A stretch of 56,047 bases of DNA from Clostridia bacterium (lineage in GTDB: Bacteria > Bacillota > Clostridia > Christensenellales > Borkfalkiaceae). The stretch is from assembly GCA_029061465.1 (NCBI GenBank), contig JAIDRY010000176.1:1-56047 (forward strand). The letters are read 5' to 3'. A model generated the notes under the pieces. That model saw only the letters and a program-made list of their open reading frames with translations, was not told where the DNA came from and ran no database searches. Below, piece after piece: positions 37,095 through 45,611 of the stretch. A program made the translations under genes and the position numbers. Numbering within the stretch: position 1 is the first letter of the stretch; each line of letters starts with the position of its first letter.

Positions 37095-37123
37095 TTGACA
37101 TTAATATTATATTTTGATAGAAT
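37095..37123 (+). promoter_or_regulatory. sigma-70/SigA-type promoter of operon A
   Basis: TTGACA (37095..37100), a 17-nt spacer, then TAGAAT (37118..37123). It lies ~40 nt upstream of the ATG at 37162. Confidence 0.6.
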
Positions 37124-37161
37124 AAGTTCGTTAAAAATAGTTTAATTTTGGATGGTGTGTT

Positions 37162-37689
37162 ATGACAACAAAATTATTTGAACGATTGGTTACAAAATTC
37201 TCTATCAAAGTAACGGATTTAATTAAATATCTAGAGATATCTAAGGCGACAATTTATAATTACCGTAACTTGGATAGATTTGCGGATATTCCCAAGGACA
37301 AGCAGTTAAAGATACTGTATCTTTTCGGTAAAGAAACAGAAGAGGAGCTTGAGCTCGTTTTAGATGAGTCTGATGCTGAGATACTAAATAAATATTTAAA
37401 TCGTATTTCGAGCATATTGACTGACAGTATCAATGGTAAAAAGGAAGAGATAGCATCGCTTGAAGAACTGACAATACAGAATGAAAGATTATTGAAAGAA
37501 AATGCTTCCCTGCAAAGGCAGTTAGTTGCTTTGCAAAAATTTTCCGGTATGGACGAATTTGCACGGGCAATTTTATTTGATAAAGTTTCGGAAATCGTTG
37601 TTGGTGCAAGTGCTGCCGAGATGAAAGAATTTATTGATTACATTGATATTTTTTCTAAATACCGCAAGTACACCGAAAGCAAAAATTAA
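37162..37689 (+). CDS. HTH DNA-binding protein with coiled-coil C-terminal half (first gene of operon A)
   Basis: 175 aa. N-terminal HTH (VTDLIKYLEISKATIYNYRN) followed by a heptad-like region (LEELTIQNERLLKENASLQRQLVALQ). Its stop lies 13 nt before the helicase start. Confidence 0.6.
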   Translation: MTTKLFERLVTKFSIKVTDLIKYLEISKATIYNYRNLDRFADIPKDKQLKILYLFGKETEEELELVLDESDAEILNKYLNRISSILTDSINGKKEEIASLEELTIQNERLLKENASLQRQLVALQKFSGMDEFARAILFDKVSEIVVGASAAEMKEFIDYIDIFSKYRKYTESKN

Positions 37690-37702
37690 AAGGGGCGAAT
37701 AA

Positions 37703-40700
37703 ATGGCATATCTTTATTTGAATTTTGTTGATAATTTGGAATCGGGAAGTCGTAATCCAAACGATTTATATAACACGTCGCTCAATGAACAATATGAAGC
37801 GCTTAAACGCAAAATTGGCGGAACTTATTCGGGGACATTGCAAGAGTTTATTGCGCATTATTGTCCTATAACTGAAAACGAGTATTATCTATCTTTACCG
37901 AGCTTTGACAGAGGAATACGCACCGTTGTAAATAAAAACGGCAAAGAAAACAAGTACATAAACAATATTATTATCCGCCCGATGAAGAAGAAATACGCAC
38001 ACAACGTGCTACCGGAGAATTACGAATTAATTCTGATTGGTGACGTTATGTTTGGAAGCGTTATTTCGGTTTTGATAAAGGGGATTGATATAATTGACAG
38101 CTCCATCGAAAAATTCGGTGAAATGAGAATCATTTGCACTGCCGCGTGTGCATTTTCGAAAACGATGCTTCGTATGGGGGCAACCGTTCCCGATTATGGC
38201 ACAACGGAATTGCATAATTCAGTGCTGACTAATGACTTTGTTGACGAGCTATGCAATGAATTGTATCCGGTTCCAAATCCGAAAGAAGCCCTGAAAACAT
38301 TTGATGAGTGGCAAAGATACATAGATTTCAGGAAGTATTATTTAAATAAACAATCGGAAAGATGTGAAGCTATTTCTGCTGTGGAAGTTTGCGATTCATA
38401 TATGATATCGCGTGAAGCGTATAGGCGTAATGAGGAAGACTACAAGTCGCTTTTGCTTGATGGTATTCCACAATTTGCAAAGGGTGAGCAGGTAATTCTA
38501 TCAAAAGAAGTTCAGGGTGCAGAGAGCTTCCCTTTGATACGCATAGATATAGATAAAAACCGCAAAGAAGTTTTAAGAGTAACCACGGGGAAGAACGGCA
38601 AAGGTAAACCTAAATTCGAAGCTGATTTAAATAGATATACGCGTGATGCAATGGGATTATCAGCTACCGAGCCGAGATACGTTAACGGCGATTTGCCTAA
38701 GGGATTTCGTTTTTATCAATACGTTTTAGGGGAAAGATATTTATTCACGTCTATTGATATTGAACCTGACTGTGAAGCAATTGATAAAAAATTTGAAAAG
38801 AATTGTAAAACGGCGGAAAAGTCAATCGATGAAAAATACGCTTCTATAATAGCGGTTGAATTAAACCGTTTTATGAACGCGCAAACTCCTGCGGTTACGG
38901 CACGGTATACCAAGCAATTTGACGAATACGTAAGCTCATTAAATAATGCGCTTGAAAACGAAGTTCGTGCAAACAGTGACAAAGAGGTGCAAAAAGAGTT
39001 TGAGCGAGCCGAAAAAGAACTGACTGCGCCGATTAAAAACGTGTTCGAAAGGGAACGCAAAGAATTTGAACGCAAGCTTTCCAAGTTAAACAAGGGTAAA
39101 GACGATAAGGATATTGCGCATATCCAAATCGAAATTTCATTATTGGAAGATAAGTACGAAAAGGATTGTGCGAATGCGACGCGTAAACTGAATATCCGTG
39201 ACTTCTATTTAAAGAGAAACGCGAAATTAATTGACAATAAGCGCAAAAGTACCGATATTGCCCTTCAGGTAGAATTGAAAAGAATAAAACAGGAAAAAGA
39301 AGAGCAATTAAAAGCGCAGTACCGTGAATCAATTCGTGCGGAGAAAGAAACAAGCAAAAAAGAATTGAAGCAAAAGTGTGAGGAGGAAAAGGCATATAAA
39401 ATCGATGACGAAACTATTCGTCGTTATTGCATCTATTTCCGCCCCGACGATACAAATAAAACGCTGAAAAATCTTGAAAAGGAAATCGAGGGATTAGGAG
39501 CCCGCTATCTGACTTATGATAACCGGGCAGAAAAGGCAAAGATAGAACGTCAGGAAAAAGCACTTGCTTCTTTTATGGGCGGTTACGTAAAGAATCCATA
39601 TTTGGCTGCATACTTATTTGCGCCGCAGTCGCTCGGTCAAACACCGAGAGCAGTTGGTCAAGAAATAGATTGGTGTTGTGGTTTAAACGACAGACAACAA
39701 GCAGCTGTAACTAAGGCGCTTGCAAGTGAAAGCTTATTCTTGTTGCAGGGACCTCCGGGAACGGGTAAAACACAAGTAATTGCAGAAATTACCGCACAGC
39801 TTTGTCGCAGAGGGAAGAAGGTTTTAATTTCATCTGAAACGCATAAAGCTATCGATAACGTGTTTGAACGCCTTCCTAAAATTCCGGAAATAAGGCCACT
39901 TAGACTCATTCCGTCGCAAAACGGTAAGGAAACCAATTACAGTCCGGAGAAATTGGTTGATAACTTCTATTTGAATATATCCCGTAACCTTGAAAAGCAG
40001 GTTGACAGGTATGAACACTTTGAGGAAACGAAAGAGTCTTTCAATGAAACAATGAACAAGCTTCGTTTGGGTTACGAAAGAGTTCTAAGGTTAAAAAGAC
40101 AAATCGGGCAAGTGGAGCGTGAACGTAAAGACATTTCCGACAATATAAGCAAATTGAATGAAATAATTGACCGTTTGCGCGGAGAACTGTCCGTAGTGCT
40201 TACAGAAGTAGAACGTTACAAAAGAACGGTAAAATATATTGAAGCATATAGATTTAGTGCCGAAGATGTCAAAGAACAATATATTGAAGCGTTTGTAAGG
40301 AATATAGAAGTTTTACTCTCTAAGTATGATTGTTTTAAAGAATTATCCAAAGAAAAAGCGGGTGAGCTTGTAAAATTAGATTTAACGATGGTAAAGGCTG
40401 AGCTTGAAAAACTTTTGTCGGAAGATGTGCTTGTAAAGCTAAAAAATCGTCAGAAGGAATTAAGAGATATTCTTTCAGAGCTGCGCGACCCTGAAACCGA
40501 CGAAGCTCCTCAGGAAGGCGACGCGCATTTTGCAGAGTATAAAAAATATCAAAGTGAATTAAGATCTGTTGTTAATGATATTAAAAGGGCACAGGAAGAA
40601 AGCGAGTTCGATACGTCGGAAAGTGTTATATTTGCGATTTTGCCGCATATTACTAACGATAAATTGAAAAGGCTGTTAGAAGAGCTTACTGCGTTCAAGA

Positions 40701-42289
40701 TAGAAGCGCAACGCACCGTAATCGAATTCAAAGACAAAATTGAGACGGATATAAAATCCGTTCTTAAAAAGCAAGACGGACTCGAAAGCGATATAAGCGA
40801 GAAGCAGCTTGCTATAAGCGGTGAAAAGAGAAAGTATGAAGAGCTTGGCGAAAATCAAACCCTTGCCGAGTATAATGAGCTTAATTCCGTATTAAAGCAG
40901 AGCGTGTCGCGGTTTATACGTGATTTTAATATCGTGCGCGAATATAATCCCGACGATATGGAAGAGGCGTTCTCAATTATTGCCGAGGAGTGGAAAGCAA
41001 TTGAGAAAGATTATCAATCCACACTGACGGAGAATAAAACCAAAATACCGATGTATCGGGGTATTTGTAAGTATCTTGCACAACCGGACATTTTAGAGGA
41101 GGACAGACAGGCGTATACCCGTGCGCTTTTCGATAATGTCAACGTATTCGGTATAACCTGCACGAGCCGAGATAAATTTACGGATGCCCAGAATGAAGAA
41201 CTTCGCCGCTATGGTATCAAGGACGTAAATATACGAACACAAGGAATTGATGTTGTTATTATAGACGAGGTTTCCAAGTCTGCTTTCCTTGATTTGCTTA
41301 TACCTATTTTGTATGGAAAAACCGTTATACTTGTGGGTGACCACAGGCAGCTTCCGCCGATGTACGATTTGCGCCATATGAGAGCGGACGACTTCGAGGG
41401 GCTGGATGAGAGCATTATCACGAAAGAAATAAACGATAAGTACACGGCTTTATATGAGGAATGTTTCTTCAAAACGTTGTATGAAAAAGTTTCCGATGAT
41501 TTCAGAGTAATGCTCAATAAACAGTATCGTTGCCATAGTCATATTATGGAGGTATTCAATCATTTCTATGGCGGCAGTCAAAAGGGATTGACGGTAGGAA
41601 CAAAGCAGCAGGACAACGAAAAACAGCATAATCTAACGGTTCGTTTTGGCGGAAATACCGTTATAGACCCGCAGCATCATATTTATTTTGTTGATTGTGA
41701 AGAGCGTGAATCGAGTGCTTACGAAGGAAGTACGTCTAAAGTTAACGAGCAGGAAGCGCAGGTCGCAATAGAGTTGTTACGTCAGCTCGATAACGCAAGC
41801 GGAGAGCTCGTTAAATCAGGTAAATTCAAAGTCAATAAAGAAAGACGAATAGATGAGCGTCCGAGCGTTGGCGTTATTTGTACTTACGGTGATCAGGCGG
41901 GACTTATCAAGAAAAAGCGTAAAAACAAACAATTCAATAATTTCTCTGGTAAACAGGACGAAAAACTGATAATAAGTACCGTGGATGATTTTCAAGGTGA
42001 TGAGCGTGATATAATAATCCTTTCTATGGTAAGAAATCCTGCGGGAAAGAATTTCGATTTGGAGTTTCTTAAAAAATTCGAACGTATCAACGTGGCGTTG
42101 TCTCGTGCCAGAAAATTGTTGATAGTGGTTGGTGCGCGTAAATTCTTGTCCGATAACGGTATTATCGATTTGCCCGATTTGGAAGGCAAAGGTAAAGGAC
42201 AGCAGAATTTCCACGTGTACAGGAAAATTATTGACACAATCGATTTCAAAGGAAGAATTATTCCTGCACGTGATATCATAGGAGAATGA
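37703..42289 (+). CDS. large SF1 helicase, Upf1/DNA2-like (AAA_11/AAA_12 type), with ~680-aa N-terminal extension and ~500-aa coiled-coil insertion
   Basis: Walker A LLQGPPGTGKTQ (GPPGTGKT = 39749..39772, K689). Walker B VVIIDEVSK (DE = 41264..41269, D1188). Motif III LVGDHRQLPPM, motif IV-like QYRCHSHI, motif V STVDDFQGDERDIIILS, motif VI RINVALSRARKLLIVVG. Confidence 0.85.
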   Translation: MAYLYLNFVDNLESGSRNPNDLYNTSLNEQYEALKRKIGGTYSGTLQEFIAHYCPITENEYYLSLPSFDRGIRTVVNKNGKENKYINNIIIRPMKKKYAHNVLPENYELILIGDVMFGSVISVLIKGIDIIDSSIEKFGEMRIICTAACAFSKTMLRMGATVPDYGTTELHNSVLTNDFVDELCNELYPVPNPKEALKTFDEWQRYIDFRKYYLNKQSERCEAISAVEVCDSYMISREAYRRNEEDYKSLLLDGIPQFAKGEQVILSKEVQGAESFPLIRIDIDKNRKEVLRVTTGKNGKGKPKFEADLNRYTRDAMGLSATEPRYVNGDLPKGFRFYQYVLGERYLFTSIDIEPDCEAIDKKFEKNCKTAEKSIDEKYASIIAVELNRFMNAQTPAVTARYTKQFDEYVSSLNNALENEVRANSDKEVQKEFERAEKELTAPIKNVFERERKEFERKLSKLNKGKDDKDIAHIQIEISLLEDKYEKDCANATRKLNIRDFYLKRNAKLIDNKRKSTDIALQVELKRIKQEKEEQLKAQYRESIRAEKETSKKELKQKCEEEKAYKIDDETIRRYCIYFRPDDTNKTLKNLEKEIEGLGARYLTYDNRAEKAKIERQEKALASFMGGYVKNPYLAAYLFAPQSLGQTPRAVGQEIDWCCGLNDRQQAAVTKALASESLFLLQGPPGTGKTQVIAEITAQLCRRGKKVLISSETHKAIDNVFERLPKIPEIRPLRLIPSQNGKETNYSPEKLVDNFYLNISRNLEKQVDRYEHFEETKESFNETMNKLRLGYERVLRLKRQIGQVERERKDISDNISKLNEIIDRLRGELSVVLTEVERYKRTVKYIEAYRFSAEDVKEQYIEAFVRNIEVLLSKYDCFKELSKEKAGELVKLDLTMVKAELEKLLSEDVLVKLKNRQKELRDILSELRDPETDEAPQEGDAHFAEYKKYQSELRSVVNDIKRAQEESEFDTSESVIFAILPHITNDKLKRLLEELTAFKIEAQRTVIEFKDKIETDIKSVLKKQDGLESDISEKQLAISGEKRKYEELGENQTLAEYNELNSVLKQSVSRFIRDFNIVREYNPDDMEEAFSIIAEEWKAIEKDYQSTLTENKTKIPMYRGICKYLAQPDILEEDRQAYTRALFDNVNVFGITCTSRDKFTDAQNEELRRYGIKDVNIRTQGIDVVIIDEVSKSAFLDLLIPILYGKTVILVGDHRQLPPMYDLRHMRADDFEGLDESIITKEINDKYTALYEECFFKTLYEKVSDDFRVMLNKQYRCHSHIMEVFNHFYGGSQKGLTVGTKQQDNEKQHNLTVRFGGNTVIDPQHHIYFVDCEERESSAYEGSTSKVNEQEAQVAIELLRQLDNASGELVKSGKFKVNKERRIDERPSVGVICTYGDQAGLIKKKRKNKQFNNFSGKQDEKLIISTVDDFQGDERDIIILSMVRNPAGKNFDLEFLKKFERINVALSRARKLLIVVGARKFLSDNGIIDLPDLEGKGKGQQNFHVYRKIIDTIDFKGRIIPARDIIGE

Positions 42290-42290
42290 T

Positions 42291-44498
42291 ATGGAAGAGA
42301 AAATAATAAAACAGATAAAAACTCAATGCCCTTTTCCGCTGTTGATTTATAAGACGCGTATTAAGTATAACGAAGTGCGTAAAGCTTCGGGCATAGCATA
42401 TATTCTATTAGAGCTTATCACCAAGCAACGTTCGGATATGCGTTTTCGTGAAGCATTGTTAAAATTCGGAATACCGGCAGAACTTCACAGTTTGTTTGGA
42501 AGTGAACTTGCTGGCTTAGTCAATAATGAAATAGTTCAGGCAAACTATCCTGCATCGCACTTTGCAAATCCTAAATATTTCGGTGAAATCCAAGTCAACG
42601 ACGTTACTCTTACTGTTAAGGGACAAAAACTGTTCCGCGAGGGCGCAATTCCTACGGGACAGGAGAAGGAAAGGCCAAAGGATATTTATTTCAGTCCCGT
42701 AACGCGTAAATTCGAAGTGCAGTATAATATGCCGTATTCGCCGATTTCCGGTAGTTTTTTGGGCGAGGAGTTTTTGGACAAAGTAGATATTGATATCAGC
42801 GGTTTAGAAGATTATATTAATGCGAATCCCACGAAATTAGGATTGAAAGCCGAAGAGCGTATGATATCTTTTGCAACGGACGAACCGCAAAAAATGAATG
42901 TCCGAAAAGAAGATAACATCACTTTAAATATCTACCCGTCGTTTATAGAGTTTATGTTTGCTGATTCGGCAGAAAGGGCATTCTTTGATAAATATTACTC
43001 TTCTTCGATAATGACGAATGGTATGACCATGAAAGATAAGTTTAAATTCCCTAAGTTAAATGGGAATTTGCTGTCTGTTAATATAACGGATATACGCAAT
43101 CTTACTGCGCTTTATTTACCTAACGAGCTAACCAAACAGGCAGGGCGGCAATGTGTAATATTCTTGCATAGAGGTAATGCGGGTTTAGAACGTGACGATG
43201 TGATTTGCGCGGACAAGCGGTTTGCTTGTGAATTACTTGATAAAATAGACAAAAATGCGCAATTCGCGTTGTTGGACAAGTCAGGGTGCAAAATTTTTTG
43301 TGCGGTAAATGTAGTTATGCCGTGCAAGAATTTCGGAGATGTGCTTACTCTACCACTTTTGACAGAAAGCAATGCGTCCCTCGAAACGTTCCGTGGAATA
43401 GTTGACTGTCTCTATAATGAATACGCAGAAAAACCGTTCGACGACGATGTCGGCAAGGTTGTGTCGTACGCAGTTGAGAGCTTGGGTAATACTGAATACT
43501 TCGGTAAAATAATCAAGAAGAAATTGCAATCGGTAGTCAGGGTGGATGAACGGATAGAAATATTATTAAAGCTGAATTCGGCTTTCAAAAAATATCCATC
43601 GTGGAAAAATGACTTTACGGAAGCGGCTATCGGGCTTTATAACGAAAGCGTGAGCGAAGTTAAAATTGAAAATATCATTTATAAAAATACTGTTTTGACT
43701 CCGCTGAAAGGTGCCCTGCAAATTTCCAATTCGGAATACGTTCGCAAGTTTTCTGAAAACATTTGTAAAACCGAATCCAAAGAAATTGTTTACGAAGCAC
43801 TTGATTCTGCGGGCTTTACCGATATGGAAACACTGTCGGTTGCAAACGTAATAGAAACGTTTATGTCAAACGTTTTAGCAAGAGAAGTAATTGCTTCCGA
43901 AACCGTGCTTGCTTCCAAATATAAGACGGTACATACAAATCTTTGGAAGTTGTGTGATATGCTTGGTATTGAAAACAGCGCGGAATATACCTTGCGCGAA
44001 GATTACAATACAGATGACTTCTTTAATGCCTACGCCACGCTACAAAACGTAATAAAAGCAGTAGAGAAATATAGACCTTTTGCGCCCAAAGAATATGAAT
44101 TATTGGGGCGATATCTTGAGATATTCGAGCCGATTCACGAGCTTTTGTCTATCGAATGTACCGCTTCGGCAAATCCCGAAAAGATTACAAAAAAATATAT
44201 TGACGATTATATCACAAGAGGAAAGTATAAGGACGCAATTTGCGATTTGCTTGTAAAGCTGCAATATGATTTAAGAAAACTTTTGCAGGCAGACAGAGAA
44301 ACGCAAGCCAACGAACTTATTGATATGGCGCTTAACGAAAAGCTTATTTCTAAACCGCAAGTTGATGTGTTACATAAACTGCGTATGTGCAGAAACGGTT
44401 TTCAACATCCCGAGCGAAAACAAATTCCGTTCGATAAACCCACAATAGAAAATTGGCGAGATATCGTATTTATGTTAGGAGGGAAAAATGAGTCATAG
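42291..44498 (+). CDS. 735-aa uncharacterised protein with C-terminal RNxxxH (HEPN-like) motif
   Basis: The start lies 1 nt after the helicase stop, with an AGGAG SD. No known N-terminal domain recognised. The C-terminal helical region ends in LHKLRMCRNGFQHPE, where R701-N-G-F-Q-H706 is encoded at 44391..44408. Confidence 0.6.
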   Translation: MEEKIIKQIKTQCPFPLLIYKTRIKYNEVRKASGIAYILLELITKQRSDMRFREALLKFGIPAELHSLFGSELAGLVNNEIVQANYPASHFANPKYFGEIQVNDVTLTVKGQKLFREGAIPTGQEKERPKDIYFSPVTRKFEVQYNMPYSPISGSFLGEEFLDKVDIDISGLEDYINANPTKLGLKAEERMISFATDEPQKMNVRKEDNITLNIYPSFIEFMFADSAERAFFDKYYSSSIMTNGMTMKDKFKFPKLNGNLLSVNITDIRNLTALYLPNELTKQAGRQCVIFLHRGNAGLERDDVICADKRFACELLDKIDKNAQFALLDKSGCKIFCAVNVVMPCKNFGDVLTLPLLTESNASLETFRGIVDCLYNEYAEKPFDDDVGKVVSYAVESLGNTEYFGKIIKKKLQSVVRVDERIEILLKLNSAFKKYPSWKNDFTEAAIGLYNESVSEVKIENIIYKNTVLTPLKGALQISNSEYVRKFSENICKTESKEIVYEALDSAGFTDMETLSVANVIETFMSNVLAREVIASETVLASKYKTVHTNLWKLCDMLGIENSAEYTLREDYNTDDFFNAYATLQNVIKAVEKYRPFAPKEYELLGRYLEIFEPIHELLSIECTASANPEKITKKYIDDYITRGKYKDAICDLLVKLQYDLRKLLQADRETQANELIDMALNEKLISKPQVDVLHKLRMCRNGFQHPERKQIPFDKPTIENWRDIVFMLGGKNES

Positions 44499-45600
44499 TG
44501 TTGAAATAGATTATCAAGGGCTTGCAATTCAATGCAATAGTGTTTGTGAAGTTGCGGAAAAACGATTGCAAGAGTTGGACGAAATGATTGCAAAAGCAGA
44601 GAGCGCTTCAAGCCGTTTATTAAACGACCAATCTGCACAATTTGTCAAAATGATTTATGAAGAAAGAAAACGACTGGAAAAACAAATCAAAGCCGTTCGA
44701 CAAAGTGCTGAGGGAAAAGCTAAGCGCGGAGTTGTGCGTGTTGATAATGAAAGTGCAGAATATAGACATTCGAACGACAATATTCTGGCTGCGGGGAATT
44801 TGCAACACACCATTGACGAGCTTGCTTCTAAACGATTGATTGAATTTCAAAGTCTTTTGCAAACCCTTTTAGGTGAAAGTATACAAGAACACCAGCGTAA
44901 ACTGCGTGAACAAACTAACGGTGCAATAACGGTTGATTCTCACACTCAATCACACTTGGACAAGATTGAAGACGAGGTTCTTCGCCAGTTTACTTATCTT
45001 GCATATTTGAATGACAATACACTTTCGGGCGATGAATTGTTGCAAGCGGGACAAGTGCTTATGATGCAGAGAGTAAATCAAACTTATGAAGAGCGTTATG
45101 AACAAGAACGTGCAAAAATCCGTGCCGAACTTGAAGCTTCGCGTGTTGCCCCCGAAACGGTGGATAAAGTGCTGAATAAAACACAAGGCACGGCACAAGA
45201 AAAACTTACGTCAATTCGCCAAAATGCTACTGCCGAAATTGTCGGTGAAAAGGTGCGTCAGAAGTCGCTTAAAATTATAATGGACGCTATCAAACAACGT
45301 GGATTTGTTGTTGACAAGAAGAACGTTAAAATTAAACGAGATACAAATGAAGTTGTTTTGGTTGCATTAAAGGCAAGCGGAGAAAAAGCGGAGTTTCGAA
45401 TATTCCTCGATGGTAAATTCATTTACGATTTCCATGGTTATGAGGGACAGGCTTGTCAAAAGGATATAGAACCGTTTATGCACGATTTGGAAGAAGTATA
45501 CGGCATAAAAGTAACCAAACAAACAGAAATCTGGAGCAATCCTGATAAAATTTCTACTATGAAGTATCAGGCAATAAACACCAATAAGAATAAAAGATAA
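44488..45600 (+). CDS. 370-aa coiled-coil protein with small C-terminal alpha/beta module
   Basis: Its ATG overlaps the upstream stop by 11 nt, with a GGAGGG SD. Long heptad-rich, Gln/Glu/Lys-rich helices span aa ~20-260. The C-terminal ~100 aa read IMDAIKQRGFVV...EFRIFLDGKFIYDFHGYEGQACQKDIEPFMHDLEEVYGIKV. Confidence 0.55.
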   Translation: MSHSVEIDYQGLAIQCNSVCEVAEKRLQELDEMIAKAESASSRLLNDQSAQFVKMIYEERKRLEKQIKAVRQSAEGKAKRGVVRVDNESAEYRHSNDNILAAGNLQHTIDELASKRLIEFQSLLQTLLGESIQEHQRKLREQTNGAITVDSHTQSHLDKIEDEVLRQFTYLAYLNDNTLSGDELLQAGQVLMMQRVNQTYEERYEQERAKIRAELEASRVAPETVDKVLNKTQGTAQEKLTSIRQNATAEIVGEKVRQKSLKIIMDAIKQRGFVVDKKNVKIKRDTNEVVLVALKASGEKAEFRIFLDGKFIYDFHGYEGQACQKDIEPFMHDLEEVYGIKVTKQTEIWSNPDKISTMKYQAINTNKNKR

Positions 45601-45611
45601 GGAGAAATATA

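Noticed and set aside
37703-42289. Assigning operon A to Mokosh (COG1112-type helicase plus PLD nuclease)
   Set aside because: No PLD/HKD motif occurs in operon A. The only PLD protein (49243..52389) is in a separate transcription unit behind a terminator and has SauUSI-type architecture. The Clp-like and radical-SAM genes are not part of Mokosh as I remember it. This needs a DefenseFinder or PADLOC run to settle.
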